Below, in pieces: positions 1 to 12,274 of a stretch of DNA of 64,000 nucleotides. The stretch spans positions 496,001-560,000 of the forward strand of contig UYFQ01000001.1 in the NCBI GenBank assembly GCA_900617105.1, given 5' to 3'. The number at the start of each line of letters is the position of its first letter. Within the stretch, counting starts at the first letter, position 1. The notes under the pieces are model-generated. The model worked only from the letters and a program-made list of their open reading frames with translations. It searched no databases and was not told where the DNA came from. The position numbers and the translations under genes are program-made. The DNA comes from Hydrurus foetidus. Its lineage: Eukaryota.

Positions 1-1173
1 GCAACCGAGAACTTGGCCGACCACCTCACGCATTTCTACCTGTTCTTCATGCCGGACTTCACCCGCCCGGTCTACGCTCAGCAGCCTTGGCATACCGAGG
101 CGGTCCGCCGTTTCGCCACCACCACTGGCGAGCAAACCCGCGCCGCCATCGCTGCCCGCCAGCGCTGGTTCATGCTTTTGGGCACGCTGGCTGGCAAGTG
201 GCCGCACACCCAAAGCATCGAACCGGGCGGCTCCACCCGACCCGTCGAAGCCGCCGAGCGCATCCGCCTGCTGGCCAAGGTGCGTGAGTTCCGGGGCTTT
301 CTGGAGCGCAACCTCTTTGCGACCCCGCTGGAGCAGATCGACAGTTTGGACAGTCTTGACGCGCTGTGGGCATGGCATGCCCAAGACCCGTGGCGGGGTG
401 ATTTCCGCCTTTTCCTGAGCATGGTGCAAGACACCGCTCTGACGGGCTTGGGGCAAGGGCCAGGGCGCTACCTGAGCTTTGGTGCTTACCCGCAGCCCGA
501 AGGTGGCTTTGCCCTGGGCGATGGCGTGTGGAAGGCTGCCACTTCCAGTTTGCATGCAGTGAATGTTGGCGGCATCACTGAAGACGCGACCCACGCCTGG
601 CTGTCCGACACTGCCGGGCCTCGCCACCCGCTGGAAGGCATCACGCTGCCCGATGCCGACAAAGCCCACGCCTACACCTGGAACAAAGCCCCCCGCCTGG
701 GTGGCGAGGTGGTGGAAACCGGTGCCATCGCCCGCCAACTCGCCAGCGCCCATCCCCTGGTGCGCGATGCCGTGGCCCGCTTTGGGGGCACCGTTTTCAC
801 CCGCGTGCTGGCCCGCGCCCTGGAGCTGGCCCGCGTGGTGCCCATGATGGAGCGCTGGCTGCAACAGTTGCACATCAGCGAAGCCTATTGCGTGCCAACG
901 CCTGCATTCACAGAAGGGGTAGGCGTGGGCCTGAGCGAAGCCGCACGCGGCAGCCTAGGCCACTGGGTGGTGGCCAGCCGTGGCCGCATCGCCAACTACC
1001 AAATCGTCGCCCCCACAACGTGGAATTTTTCACCCCGCGATGCCGCAGGCACACCGGGTGCATTGGAGCAAGCGCTGGTGGGTGCGCCCGTGCAAGAGGG
1101 TGAAACCACCCCCGTCGCCGTGCAGCACATCGTGCGCTCGTTTGACCCTTGCATGGTGTGTACGGTGCATTGA
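1..1173 (+). CDS. hupV: H2-sensing (regulatory, group 2b) [NiFe]-hydrogenase large subunit HupV/HoxC, 5'-truncated by window edge
   Basis: HLTHFY, YTWNKAPR, EAARGSLGHW, NYQIVAPTTWN motifs; ends DPCMVCTVH-stop with no C-terminal extension for endoprotease cleavage, the hallmark of sensory hydrogenases; followed by a HupT-like kinase. Confidence 0.92.
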   Translation, partial: ATENLADHLTHFYLFFMPDFTRPVYAQQPWHTEAVRRFATTTGEQTRAAIAARQRWFMLLGTLAGKWPHTQSIEPGGSTRPVEAAERIRLLAKVREFRGFLERNLFATPLEQIDSLDSLDALWAWHAQDPWRGDFRLFLSMVQDTALTGLGQGPGRYLSFGAYPQPEGGFALGDGVWKAATSSLHAVNVGGITEDATHAWLSDTAGPRHPLEGITLPDADKAHAYTWNKAPRLGGEVVETGAIARQLASAHPLVRDAVARFGGTVFTRVLARALELARVVPMMERWLQQLHISEAYCVPTPAFTEGVGVGLSEAARGSLGHWVVASRGRIANYQIVAPTTWNFSPRDAAGTPGALEQALVGAPVQEGETTPVAVQHIVRSFDPCMVCTVH

Positions 1174-1179
1174 ACAGTG

Positions 1180-1188
1180 TGCTAATCT
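1180..1188 (+). promoter_or_regulatory. Putative extended -10 promoter (TGcTAATCT) for a leaderless TA transcript
   Basis: Element lies 6 nt before ATG 1195; no Shine-Dalgarno visible. Confidence 0.4.
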
Positions 1189-1194
1189 TCTCCC

Positions 1195-1407
1195 ATGAAC
1201 ACCGTTTTAGACCCCATCGTTTCTGAGTTCCAGACCGACGAAGCTGCCTTGAGCTACGACCAGTGGTTTCGTTCCAAGGTGGCGCAATCGCTGGTTCATG
1301 CCGATGACCCGGCCACGCCGCGTCACACCAGTGATGAAGTCATGCGCAGGATAGGCGCAACGGTTCAAGCTGCGCAAGTTCGTCATGCTTCCCGTCATCT
1401 GGCTTGA
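1195..1407 (+). CDS. Type II antitoxin, PaaA2/stability-determinant-like
   Basis: 70 aa with PIVSEF..YDQWFRSKV..SL pattern; overlaps downstream RelE/ParE toxin by 23 bp. Confidence 0.8.
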   Translation: MNTVLDPIVSEFQTDEAALSYDQWFRSKVAQSLVHADDPATPRHTSDEVMRRIGATVQAAQVRHASRHLA

Positions 1408-1663
1408 GGATGCCCTGCAAGACCTCGATCAGATCGTAGGTTTTATCGCTGAGCGCAACCCGCATGCTGCCTATGCTTTGGCTGAGCAACTGACAGAAGA
1501 TGCCGATACGCTGGGTGTGTTGCCTGCTCACTATCGCCGTGGGCGGGTGCCTGGCACCCATGAATTCGTTAGCCATCCCAACTACCTTATCGTCTACCGG
1601 CGTACGCTGCTTGCGATTGAGGTTTTGAACATCATCCATTCCCGTCAACAGTACCCCCGGTAG
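1385..1663 (+). CDS. RelE/ParE family toxin
   Basis: 92 aa; W...A.QDL..I..FIA..NP.AA, RGRVPGTHE, NYLIVYR, IIHSRQQYP typical of ParE/RelE. Confidence 0.9.
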   Translation: MLPVIWLEDALQDLDQIVGFIAERNPHAAYALAEQLTEDADTLGVLPAHYRRGRVPGTHEFVSHPNYLIVYRRTLLAIEVLNIIHSRQQYPR

Positions 1664-1664
1664 C

Positions 1665-2726
1665 GTGAGTCTACCGTCCACGGCAGCTGCTATGCCCACC
1701 TCCATCCCTCGCGCTCCCGCCTTGGAAACCCTGATGCCCAACGGCCCCTTGGAAGGCGTTGACGAATCTGTGTGGCTGGACGTGATCCACAAGATGGACG
1801 AGGTGTATTCCCAGCTGATTGACGATGAAATCGAGTTAGAAAAGAAAAATGCCGAGTTGGAGCAGTCTTACCAAGAGCTGCGTGCTACCCACGAGGCGTT
1901 AAAGCGTGCGCAACAGCAACTTCTCCACGCCGAAAAAATGGCCTCGCTGGGCCGCTTGGTGGCCGGTGTGGCGCATGAATTGAACAACCCCATCAGTTTT
2001 GTGTTGGGTAACGTCCACGCGCTGGCCCGCTACAGCGACCGGCTGCGCAGCTACCTTGCCGCTGTTCATGCCGACACACCACCCGATCAATTAGCGGCCA
2101 TGCGGGTCAAGTTGCGCATTGACCATTTGCTAGGCGATTTGCCCTCGTTGATCGAAGGCACGCTCGAAGGCGCACAGCGCACCACCGACATCGTGAACGG
2201 CCTGAAACGCTTTTCCGCGATGGACCCCGAGGCCCGCGTGGCGGTGAACCTGAACGAGGTGGTGGAGCGTGCCATCCATTGGATTCGCAAAGGTGCCGCC
2301 CCCAGCTTTGAGGTGCATTGGCAACCCGGTAAACCCGTCAACGTGACCGGCAGTGCTGGCCAGTTGCAGCAGGTGCTGATGAACCTGCTGCAAAACGCGC
2401 TGGATGCCGCCACCAGCGCCGGGCGTACCCCGCCCGTGGTGTGGATTGACCTGCAAGCCGTCATGGCCGCAGGCGAGGCCCAAGTCCACCTGCGCCTGCG
2501 CGACAACGGCCCCGGCGTTGCCCTGGAGCATTTGTCGCGCTTGTTTGATCCGTTTTTTACCACCAAACCCGTTGGCAAGGGCACCGGGCTGGGGCTCTCT
2601 ATCAGCTACGGCATCGTGGAGCAGCACGGCGGTCGCCTGAGTGTGCGCAATGTGACCAACCCTGCGGGGCAGAGTGGGGCCGAATTTGTGCTGGAGCTGC
2701 CGTTGACGACGGGTGCTGCGGCCTAG
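1665..2726 (+). CDS. hupT: Hydrogen-sensing histidine kinase HupT/HoxJ (short, apparently PAS-less)
   Basis: N-terminal WLDVIHKMDEVY segment, H-box EKMASLGRLVAGVAHELNNP, N box NLLQNA, DNGPG, FDPFFTTK, GTGLGLSIS; next to hupV; exact start uncertain. Confidence 0.85.
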   Translation: MSLPSTAAAMPTSIPRAPALETLMPNGPLEGVDESVWLDVIHKMDEVYSQLIDDEIELEKKNAELEQSYQELRATHEALKRAQQQLLHAEKMASLGRLVAGVAHELNNPISFVLGNVHALARYSDRLRSYLAAVHADTPPDQLAAMRVKLRIDHLLGDLPSLIEGTLEGAQRTTDIVNGLKRFSAMDPEARVAVNLNEVVERAIHWIRKGAAPSFEVHWQPGKPVNVTGSAGQLQQVLMNLLQNALDAATSAGRTPPVVWIDLQAVMAAGEAQVHLRLRDNGPGVALEHLSRLFDPFFTTKPVGKGTGLGLSISYGIVEQHGGRLSVRNVTNPAGQSGAEFVLELPLTTGAAA

Positions 2727-3709
2727 CTGAAATCGTCCACAGTGTCCGGATCGGGCACATCACCAATCGCTACCCTGGTGAGTTCAGCCTGCGCTTTTAA
2801 CCAAGCGCAAAACGCCACAATTTCAGGCCGTGCCGCCGAGCGTGGCCCCACCAGCAGCCAGTACACCATCGGGGATTCCAGCCGCATGTCAGGCAGGATT
2901 TCCACCAAGTCGCCGGACGCCAAACTGTCCGCCACCAGCGGCATACGGGCCAGCGCCACGCCTTGTCCGGTCAGCGCAGCCTGTGCGATTTGGTTGGCGT
3001 AGTTGAAGTAGAGCCAGCGTTTGGGTTCCAGTTTTTTGATGCCATGCTCGTCCAACCAGCGCCGCCACGTCAGCCATTCCAGGTTTTGTGTGCGGTGCGC
3101 GTCACTGGCCTCAATCAGGCCAAAGTGAGCCAGATCGCTGCCTTTTTTGAGCGGTTTTCCACTCTTGAGCAACCACGGGCTGGCGACCGGTGTGAGCTGC
3201 TCGCCAAACAAGCGGATCGCCTGCGCACTCACTTGACCGGGTCGAGCGTAGCGCAGCGCCACATCCACGTCCGCCGTGTCCAGATCCACCGTCACATCGG
3301 TCGCGTCAATGCGGATATCAATGTCCGGGTGCTCGCTTTGAAACGCCTCCAACCGGGGAATTAACCACATCGACGCAAACGATGCCCAGGTGGAAATGGT
3401 CACACTCTTGCGCCCCGCACTGCGGCGAATTTGCCGCACCGTGCTGTCCAGCCGCTCCAGCGAGGGCAGCACCGCCCGCAACAATTGCGCCCCCGCCGCC
3501 GTCAACTCCACGGCGCGGGTATGGCGTAAAAACAAAGCCACCCCCACTTCGTCTTCCATCGCCTGAATTTGGCGACTGACGGCACTTTGCGTGAGTGACA
3601 GCTCTTCGGACGCTGCGCGAAAATTCAAGTGCCGTGCCACCGCCTCAAACGCCCGCAGGTGGCCCACGGAGACAGGGCGGGTGCGCAGATGGGATTCGGA
3701 AGGGTGCAT
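2723..3709 (-). CDS. LysR-family transcriptional regulator, GcvA-like
   Basis: LRAFEAVARHLNF..ASEELSLTQSAVSRQI HTH plus substrate-binding domain; start set at ATG 3709. Confidence 0.9.
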   Translation of the reverse strand: MHPSESHLRTRPVSVGHLRAFEAVARHLNFRAASEELSLTQSAVSRQIQAMEDEVGVALFLRHTRAVELTAAGAQLLRAVLPSLERLDSTVRQIRRSAGRKSVTISTWASFASMWLIPRLEAFQSEHPDIDIRIDATDVTVDLDTADVDVALRYARPGQVSAQAIRLFGEQLTPVASPWLLKSGKPLKKGSDLAHFGLIEASDAHRTQNLEWLTWRRWLDEHGIKKLEPKRWLYFNYANQIAQAALTGQGVALARMPLVADSLASGDLVEILPDMRLESPMVYWLLVGPRSAARPEIVAFCAWLKAQAELTRVAIGDVPDPDTVDDFS

Positions 3710-3780
3710 GGGGTGGTATTCAGGGTGTTTGAGTGGTGTTATCTTACTGGGCACACTTGGCCTGCGATAATCACTCATCT

Positions 3781-3981
3781 ATGGAACGCATCGTCACCAA
3801 AACCGTTCTGCACCCTACGAAAAGCAGCGGCAACGCCGATTTTCGCTACTGGCTGAACCAGCCCGTATCCGCTCGCATCGCTGCCGTAGAAGCCTTGCGC
3901 CAGCAGTTCTACCAAGCCAATCCTCATGTTGACCCCCGACTTCAAAGAGTTTGCCGAGTTACTCAACTCAAACCAAGTTGA
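3781..3981 (+). CDS. Small hypothetical protein, putative antitoxin partner of the nucleotidyltransferase
   Basis: 66 aa (MERIVTK..DFRYWLNQPVSARIAAVEALR..RLQRV); overlaps next gene by 56 bp; TGcGATAAT element just upstream. Confidence 0.6.
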   Translation: MERIVTKTVLHPTKSSGNADFRYWLNQPVSARIAAVEALRQQFYQANPHVDPRLQRVCRVTQLKPS

Positions 3982-4369
3982 ATACCTGATTGTGGGTGGC
4001 TACGCCTTGGCTGCTTACGGTCATCCCAGGTACACAGGGGATTTGGACTTTTGGATTGGAGCGAGCGAGGCAAACGCTGCCAAAGTGTTGAAGGCGCTGG
4101 CTCAATTTGGTTTCGGCGGTTTGGACATCTCGCTGTGCGATCTGAGCACACCAAACCAAGTTATCCAACTTGGCTTTCCACCCAGTCGTATTGATTTGCT
4201 GACCAGCATTGATGGTGTGGACTTTGATGCCTGTTTCGCCCGTCGCATGGTGCAAACCTTGGATGGCCTGGACATCCCGTTCATCGGTTTAGATGATTTC
4301 AAAACCAACAAACGCGCCAGCGGGCGATTGAAAGATCAGGCCGACTTGGAAGTGCTGGGCGATGTTTGA
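3926..4369 (+). CDS. Pol-beta-like nucleotidyltransferase (AbiEii/MenT-like superfamily)
   Basis: IVGGYA..G.PRYTGDLDF catalytic motif and C-terminal KRASGRLKDQADL. Confidence 0.8.
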   Translation: MLTPDFKEFAELLNSNQVEYLIVGGYALAAYGHPRYTGDLDFWIGASEANAAKVLKALAQFGFGGLDISLCDLSTPNQVIQLGFPPSRIDLLTSIDGVDFDACFARRMVQTLDGLDIPFIGLDDFKTNKRASGRLKDQADLEVLGDV

Positions 4370-4392
4370 CGGGGTTGGCGGCGCAACGCCCC

Positions 4393-5427
4393 TCAATACC
4401 TTCCCGCCATCCCCTCCAGCGCGACTGGCTTGATCCGGCTTGCCATGCCTGCGCAGCCGAAGGCCTCAAACCGCGCTTTCACAATCCCCTTTGCCGCATT
4501 CTTGGCGGCGACCAGTGCTTTTCTAGGGTCGAACTCGCTGGGTTGTTGGGCGAAGACGCGGCGCATGGCGCCGGTCATGGCGAGGCGGATGTCGGTGTCG
4601 ATGTTGATTTTGCGCACACCGCTTTGGATGCCACGCTGGATTTCTTCTACCGGCACGCCGTAGGTTTCTTTGATGTCGCCGCCGAACTCACGGATGATGG
4701 CCAGCCACTCTTGCGGCACGCTGCTGGAGCCGTGCATCACCAGATGGGTGTTCGGGATTTGTGCGTGGATAGCGGCGATGCGGTCGATGGCGAGGATGTC
4801 GCCTGTGGGCTTGCGGGTGAATTTGTAGGCGCCGTGGCTGGTGCCAATCGCAATCGCCAGGGCATCGACACCCGTCAGGGCGACGAAATCTTTGGCTTGT
4901 ACCGGGTCAGTCAGCATCATCTCGTGGGTGAGTTTGCCCTCCGCCCCGATGCCGTCTTCTTCACCAGCTTCACCCGTTTCCAGGCTGCCCAGACAACCGA
5001 GTTCGCCTTCCACCGAAACACCAATCGGGTGCGCCATGTCGCAGACGCTGCGGGTGATGGCGACGTTGTACTCGTAGCTGGCGGGGGTTTTGCCATCGGC
5101 CAGAAGCGAGCCGTCCATCATCACACTGGTGAAGCCGGATCGGATCGACTGCATGCACACCGCTGCGGAGGTACCGTGGTCTTGGTGGACGACGACGGGG
5201 ATGTCCGGGTGGCTTTCCACCGCCGCCAGCATCATGTGGCGCAGATAAGCCTCACCCGCGTACTTGCGTGTGCCCGCCGACGCTTGCAGGATGACCGGGC
5301 TGTCGGTCTCTTGCGCGGCTTCCATGATGGCGATGATTTGCTCTAAATTGTTGACGTTGAACGCAGGCACACCGTAGCCGTTGTCGGCGGCGTGGTCTAA
5401 AACTTGGCGAAGGGAAACGAAGGCCAT
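4393..5427 (-). CDS. cbbA: Fructose-bisphosphate aldolase class II, Calvin-cycle type
   Basis: [37 protein letters not shown] motifs; last gene of cbb operon. Confidence 0.95.
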   Translation of the reverse strand: MAFVSLRQVLDHAADNGYGVPAFNVNNLEQIIAIMEAAQETDSPVILQASAGTRKYAGEAYLRHMMLAAVESHPDIPVVVHQDHGTSAAVCMQSIRSGFTSVMMDGSLLADGKTPASYEYNVAITRSVCDMAHPIGVSVEGELGCLGSLETGEAGEEDGIGAEGKLTHEMMLTDPVQAKDFVALTGVDALAIAIGTSHGAYKFTRKPTGDILAIDRIAAIHAQIPNTHLVMHGSSSVPQEWLAIIREFGGDIKETYGVPVEEIQRGIQSGVRKINIDTDIRLAMTGAMRRVFAQQPSEFDPRKALVAAKNAAKGIVKARFEAFGCAGMASRIKPVALEGMAGRY

Positions 5428-5466
5428 GGGGATCTCCTGAAGGGCAGTGAAACCAATAAAAAGGAA

Positions 5467-5522
5467 TGAAACAAGGCTTTAGCGCTGGTTAAATATGCGT
5501 ATCAAGCTATTGATTTGAGAGT
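5467..5522 (-). repeat. AT-rich ~56-bp palindromic repeat, copy A
   Basis: Minus strand ACTCTCAAATCAATAGCTTGATACGCATATTTAACCAGCGCTAAAGCCTTGTTTCA aligns without gaps to copies at 6592, 10377, 52575. Confidence 0.75.
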
Positions 5523-5531
5523 GAGTGGAGG

Positions 5532-7344
<1,813 letters not shown>

Positions 7345-7348
<4 letters not shown>

Positions 7349-7972
7349 GCGTGTTCCTCGGGTGCCGTCCAGACTTCTTGGCGGTGTGCGGCACGGTGTG
7401 TCAGCGTGCGCACGGCGGTGACGACGCGGGCGGCGGTGATGCCGAAGTGCGCGTACAAATCCTTGGCCGGTGCGGATTCGCCGAAGGTGGGCATACCGAT
7501 CACGATGCCGGTGCGGCCCACGTACTTGCGCCAAAAATCCGGGTGTGCAGCTTCGATGGCGACGGTGGGCAGGGCCATCGGCAGCACCTGTTCCTGGTAA
7601 GCCTCGGTTTGGCGGTCAAACACATTGGTGCAAGGGAGCGAGACCACACGGGTGGCGATGCCCTCTGCGGCCAGCGTGGCCTGCGCCTGCATCGCCAACT
7701 CCAGCTCTGAGCCGGTCGAGACGATGATGGCCTGTGCGTCCTCCATGTCCGACAGCACGTAGCCGCCTTTGCGGATGCTGCCCACCAGGCTGCTGTGTGA
7801 TAGACGCGGCAGATTTTGGCGCGACAGGCACAGCGCGCTGGGGCCGTCTCGGCGCTCCACCGAAGCCGCCCAGGCCACCGCTGTTTCCAGCCCGTCGGCG
7901 GGCCGCCACACGTCCAGGCCGGGGATGATGCGCAGGCTGGGGATGTGTTCCACGCTCTGGTGGGTGGGGCCG

Positions 7973-8007
<35 letters not shown>

Positions 8008-9405
8008 GTGGATCACGCGCAGCTTCATCAGCGCGGCCATGCGGATGGCGTTGCGGCTGTAGTCGCTGAAGGTCAAAAACGTGCCACCGTAGGGGATGTA
8101 GCCGCCATGCAGCGCGATGCCGTTCATGATGGCGGCCATGCCGAACTCGCGCACGCCGTAGCTCAGGTGGTTGCCCCAAGTGTCTCTGCCGGCTTTGAAG
8201 CAGCCTTTGAAGTTGGTCAGGTTCGAGCCCGTCAAATCTGCGCTGCCACCAAAGAATTCGGGCAGCAGCGGGGCCAGAGCGTCGAGCGCGTTCTGGCTGG
8301 CTTTGCGGGTGGCGATGGCCTCGGGTTTGGCAGCGATGGTGTCCAGCAGCGCGGGCAGCTGGTCAGCGTAATTGGCTTGCAAATCACCCGCCATTCGGCG
8401 CTCGAATTCGGCTGCCAGCGCGGGGAACTGGGTGCGGTAGGCCTCGAACTTGGCCCGCCACGCACGTTCCGCCGTCAGGCCGCGCTCGGTGGCAATCCAG
8501 GCTGCGGCGATGGTTTCGGGGATTTCAAAGGGTGGTGCTGACCAGTCCAGCGCGGCGCGGGTGGCAGCCACTTCGGCGGCACCCAAAGCGGCACCGTGAA
8601 CATCGTGCGTGCCAGCTTTGTTGGGCGAGCCCATGCCGATCACGGTTTTGCAGCAGATCAGCGTGGGTTTGCCGTGGGGCGATACGGCCTGCGCTTTGGC
8701 GGCCTGCACGGCAGCGTCTACCGCTGCGCTGTCGTGGCCGTCCACGTTGGCGATCACATGCCAGCCGTAGGCTGCAAAGCGCTGAGGGGTATCGTCGGTG
8801 AACCAGCCTTCGACATGGCCATCAATCGAGATGCCGTTGTCGTCGTAAAACGCCACCAGTTTGGCCAGGCGCAGCGTCCCGGCGAGCGAGCAGGCTTCGT
8901 GGCTGATGCCTTCCATCAAGCAGCCGTCGCCCATGAAGACGTAGCTGAAGTGATCGACGATGCGGTGGTCGGGTCGGTTGAATTCAGCCGCCAGCAGTTT
9001 TTCGGCGAGCGCCATGCCTACCGCGTTGGTCAGCCCCTGGCCCAGCGGACCGGTGGTGGTTTCTACGCCGGGGGTGACATCCACTTCGGGGTGGCCTGGG
9101 GTTTTGCTGTGGAGCTGGCGGAAGTTTTTGAGTTCTTCCATGGGCAGCCGGTAGCCGGTGAGGTGCAGCAGCGCGTAAAGCAGCATCGAGCCGTGGCCGT
9201 TCGAGAGCACAAAGCGGTCACGGTCAGGCCACTGGGGGTTGGCGGGGTTGTGCTTGAGGTGGCGGTTCCACAGCACCTCGGCGATGTCGGCCATGCCCAT
9301 CGGGGCACCGGGGTGGCCAGATTTGGCTTTTTCAACGGCATCGACGGCCAACATGCGGATGGCGTTGGCCATCTGGCGGGCGAATTCAGGGTTGGGTGTT
9401 CTCAT
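7345..9405 (-). CDS. cbbT: Transketolase
   Basis: [42 protein letters not shown]. Confidence 0.97.
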
Positions 9406-9462
9406 GGGAGTCCTTTGCGCGGGTCAATTCAAGGCATTGATTCAAGGTGCTTGTTCAAAGCG

Positions 9463-10338
9463 TTAAGCCGCCCGTTTTTGGCGCTCCATCATTCGCCACA
9501 CAAATGGCGTGAAGATGAGTTGCATGGCCAGTTCCATCTTGCCGCCGGGCACGACGATGGTGTTCGCACGGCTCATGAAGCTGTCGTGAACCATGTTGAG
9601 CAGGTACTGAAAGTCGATGCCCTTGGGCTTGGCAAAGCGGATCACCACCATGCTTTCGTCGGGGCTGGGAATGTCGCGGGCAGTGAAGGGATTGCTGGTG
9701 TCCACCATGGGCACACGCTGGAAGTTCACGTGGGTGTGCATGAACTGCGGGCAGATGTAGTTCACGTAATCGGGCATGCGGCGCAGGATGGTGTCGGTCA
9801 CGGCCTCGGTGCTGTAGCCGCGTTTGGATTTGTCGCGGTAGAGCTTTTGAATCCATTCCAGGTTGATGACAGGCACCACGCCCACCAGCAAATCGGGGTG
9901 CTGGGCAATGTTCACCTCGGGCGTGACGACCGCACCGTGCAGACCTTCGTAGAACAGCAAATCGGTGTTGGCGGGCACGTCTTCCCAGGGGGTGAAAGTG
10001 CCAGGCTCTTGCTTGTAAGGGGCGGCTTCGGTGCTGTCATGCAGGTATTTGCGGCGCTTGCCGGTGCCGGTTTGCGCGTAGTCACGGAACAGCGCTTCGA
10101 TTTCCGGGAACATGTTGTTCTCAGGCCCAAAGTGGCTGAAGTGCTGGTCGCCGGCCGCTTCTGCCTCAGCGGCTTTGAGCTTCATGGCGGCGCGGTCATG
10201 GCGGTGAAAGCTGTCGCCTTCGATGATGGCGGCATGGACGTTTTCGCGGCGAAAGATGTTCTCGAAGGTCTGCGTCACCGACGTGGTGCCCGCGCCGCTG
10301 GAGCCGGTGATGGCGATGATGGGGTGGCGTTCTGACAT
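9463..10338 (-). CDS. cbbP: Phosphoribulokinase (proteobacterial class)
   Basis: HPIIAITGSSGAGT, EGDSFH, YEGLHG, NLEWIQK, NFQRVP. Confidence 0.97.
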   Translation of the reverse strand: MSERHPIIAITGSSGAGTTSVTQTFENIFRRENVHAAIIEGDSFHRHDRAAMKLKAAEAEAAGDQHFSHFGPENNMFPEIEALFRDYAQTGTGKRRKYLHDSTEAAPYKQEPGTFTPWEDVPANTDLLFYEGLHGAVVTPEVNIAQHPDLLVGVVPVINLEWIQKLYRDKSKRGYSTEAVTDTILRRMPDYVNYICPQFMHTHVNFQRVPMVDTSNPFTARDIPSPDESMVVIRFAKPKGIDFQYLLNMVHDSFMSRANTIVVPGGKMELAMQLIFTPFVWRMMERQKRAA

Positions 10339-10376
10339 GGTGTGTCTCCGGGCGTTTCAAATTGGTTTTAGAGAGC

Positions 10377-10432
10377 TTAAATAGGCTTTTTGTACTTATT
10401 TCATATGCACAAGCAGCTATGAAATTAATAGT
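10377..10432 (-). repeat. AT-rich ~56-bp palindromic repeat, copy C
   Basis: Minus strand ACTATTAATTTCATAGCTGCTTGTGCATATGAAATAAGTACAAAAAGCCTATTTAA, 3 nt after cbbF stop. Confidence 0.78.
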
Positions 10433-10435
10433 TCA

Positions 10436-11539
10436 TTAATCCCTGAACAAGCTGCGCTCTGCAAACAGCGGGTTGTTCAGTTCGTTTTTGGCGGGTTCGG
10501 TGTGGTAGCGCTCAATGCGTTCCACCTCGTTTTTCGAGCCAAACACCAGCCCAATGCGCTGGTGCAGCCCGGTGGGTTTCACGCCCAGCACGGGCTTTTC
10601 GCCGGTGCTGGCCCGGCCTCCGGCTTGTTCCATGATCCAGCCGATGGGGTTGGCTTCGTACAGCAGGCGCAAGCGGCCGGGTTTGGACGGGTCTTTGGTG
10701 TCGCGGGGGTACAAAAACACGCCGCCACGCATCAAAATGCGGTGCGCCTCGGCCACCATGCTGGCCACCCAGCGCATGTTGAAGTCTTTGCCACGCGGCC
10801 CCGGTTTGCCTGCCAAGCACTCGTCCACATAGCGCTTCACCGGGCGTTCCCAAAAGCGGCTGTTCGAGGCGTTGATGGCGAATTCGTGGGTGTCGGCGGG
10901 TATTTGGACGTTGGGATGCGTCAGCATGAATTCGCCCAGGTTCGGGTCGAGCGTGAAGCCCACCACGCCGTTGCCCACGGTCAGCATCAGCATGGTGGTG
11001 GGGCCGTAGATGGCGTAACCGGCAGCGATTTGCTGCGTGCCGGGCTGGAAGAAATCGGCCTCTGTGACATCGCGGCCCGAGTCCACGCAGTCTTGCGGCG
11101 CACGAAGCACCGAGAAAATGCTGCCCACCGAGACGTTCACGTCGATGTTGCTGGAGCCGTCCAGCGGGTCAAACACCAGCAGGTACTTGCCGCGTGGGTG
11201 CGGTGCGGGGATTTGGCAGGGCAGTTCCATTTCTTCAGAGCCCATGCCCGCCAGATGCCCGCCCCATTGGTTCATCTGCACGAAGTAGTCGTTGCTCAGC
11301 ACATCGAGTTTTTTCTGGGTTTCACCTTGGACGTTGATGGAACCTCCGCTTCCACCGTCCAGTGCATCTTGGTTACCCAACATGCCAGCCAGCTCGCCAA
11401 AGGCGACGGCGCGGGCAATGGCTTTGCAGGCCAGCGCCACGTCCAGAATCAGGGCGTTGAAGTCACCACTGGCACCGGGGAAGCGGCGGCGTTGCTCAAT
11501 CAGGTACTGCGTGAGCGTGAAGCGTTTTGTGAAGGGCAT
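10436..11539 (-). CDS. cbbF: Class 1 fructose-1,6-/sedoheptulose-1,7-bisphosphatase
   Basis: [32 protein letters not shown]. Confidence 0.97.
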   Translation of the reverse strand: MPFTKRFTLTQYLIEQRRRFPGASGDFNALILDVALACKAIARAVAFGELAGMLGNQDALDGGSGGSINVQGETQKKLDVLSNDYFVQMNQWGGHLAGMGSEEMELPCQIPAPHPRGKYLLVFDPLDGSSNIDVNVSVGSIFSVLRAPQDCVDSGRDVTEADFFQPGTQQIAAGYAIYGPTTMLMLTVGNGVVGFTLDPNLGEFMLTHPNVQIPADTHEFAINASNSRFWERPVKRYVDECLAGKPGPRGKDFNMRWVASMVAEAHRILMRGGVFLYPRDTKDPSKPGRLRLLYEANPIGWIMEQAGGRASTGEKPVLGVKPTGLHQRIGLVFGSKNEVERIERYHTEPAKNELNNPLFAERSLFRD

Positions 11540-11565
11540 GGTTGTCTCTCAGCGTTAAAAATTCG

Positions 11566-12270
11566 TTATGCCGCCAGTGCCGCCCGGTGCAGCGCCGCCA
11601 TCACCGTGCGGTAGCCGCCATCGGTGTCCGGTGCGCCAAAAACTGCGCTGCCTGCCACGCAGGTATCAGCCCCGGCAGCAATAATTCGGCCAATGTTGTC
11701 GGTCTTCACGCCGCCATCGACTTCCAGCGAAATCGCTTGTCCGCCGGCGGCCATGTGTGCCGCGATCCGGGCCCGCGCCGCTTGCAGTTTGGGGAGGGTG
11801 GCGGGGATGAATTTCTGCCCACCAAAGCCGGGGTTCACGCTCATCAGCAGCACCATGTCCAGCCTGTCCATCACATGGTCCATCCAGTCCAGCGGCGAGG
11901 CGGGGTTGAGCGCGATGCCTGCCAAACAGCCGTGGTTGCGGATCAGTTGCAAGGTGCGGTCTACATGGCGCGTGGCTTCGGGGTGGAAAGTGATGATGTT
12001 GGCCCCGGCTTTGGCAAACAGCGGGATCAGCGCATCCACCGGCTCCACCATCAAATGCACGTCGATCGGGATGCTGACGTGGGGGCGAATTGCCTCGCAC
12101 ACCAGCGGGCCAATGGTCAGGTTGGGCACGTAGTGGTTGTCCATCACGTCAAAGTGAACCAGCGCGGCGCCGGCTTTTTCAATGGCGCGGACTTCTTCGC
12201 CTAGGCGGGCAAAATCAGCCGACAGGATGGATGGTGCAATGCGGACAGGGTGCTGGTGGGGCGTGCTCAT
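11566..12270 (-). CDS. cbbE: Ribulose-phosphate 3-epimerase
   Basis: [39 protein letters not shown]. Confidence 0.97.
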   Translation of the reverse strand: MSTPHQHPVRIAPSILSADFARLGEEVRAIEKAGAALVHFDVMDNHYVPNLTIGPLVCEAIRPHVSIPIDVHLMVEPVDALIPLFAKAGANIITFHPEATRHVDRTLQLIRNHGCLAGIALNPASPLDWMDHVMDRLDMVLLMSVNPGFGGQKFIPATLPKLQAARARIAAHMAAGGQAISLEVDGGVKTDNIGRIIAAGADTCVAGSAVFGAPDTDGGYRTVMAALHRAALAA

Positions 12271-12274
12271 CGTG

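Noticed and set aside
9425..9460. Three short TTCAA(G/A)G repeats between cbbP and cbbT
   Set aside because: Too short and irregular to call a site or array
8596..10335. 579-aa plus-strand ORF (and similar long antisense ORFs at 4366-5346, 10502-11614, 14130-15221 alt frame, 31567-32553)
   Set aside because: Shadow frames of well-supported genes in high-GC DNA; no recognisable motifs
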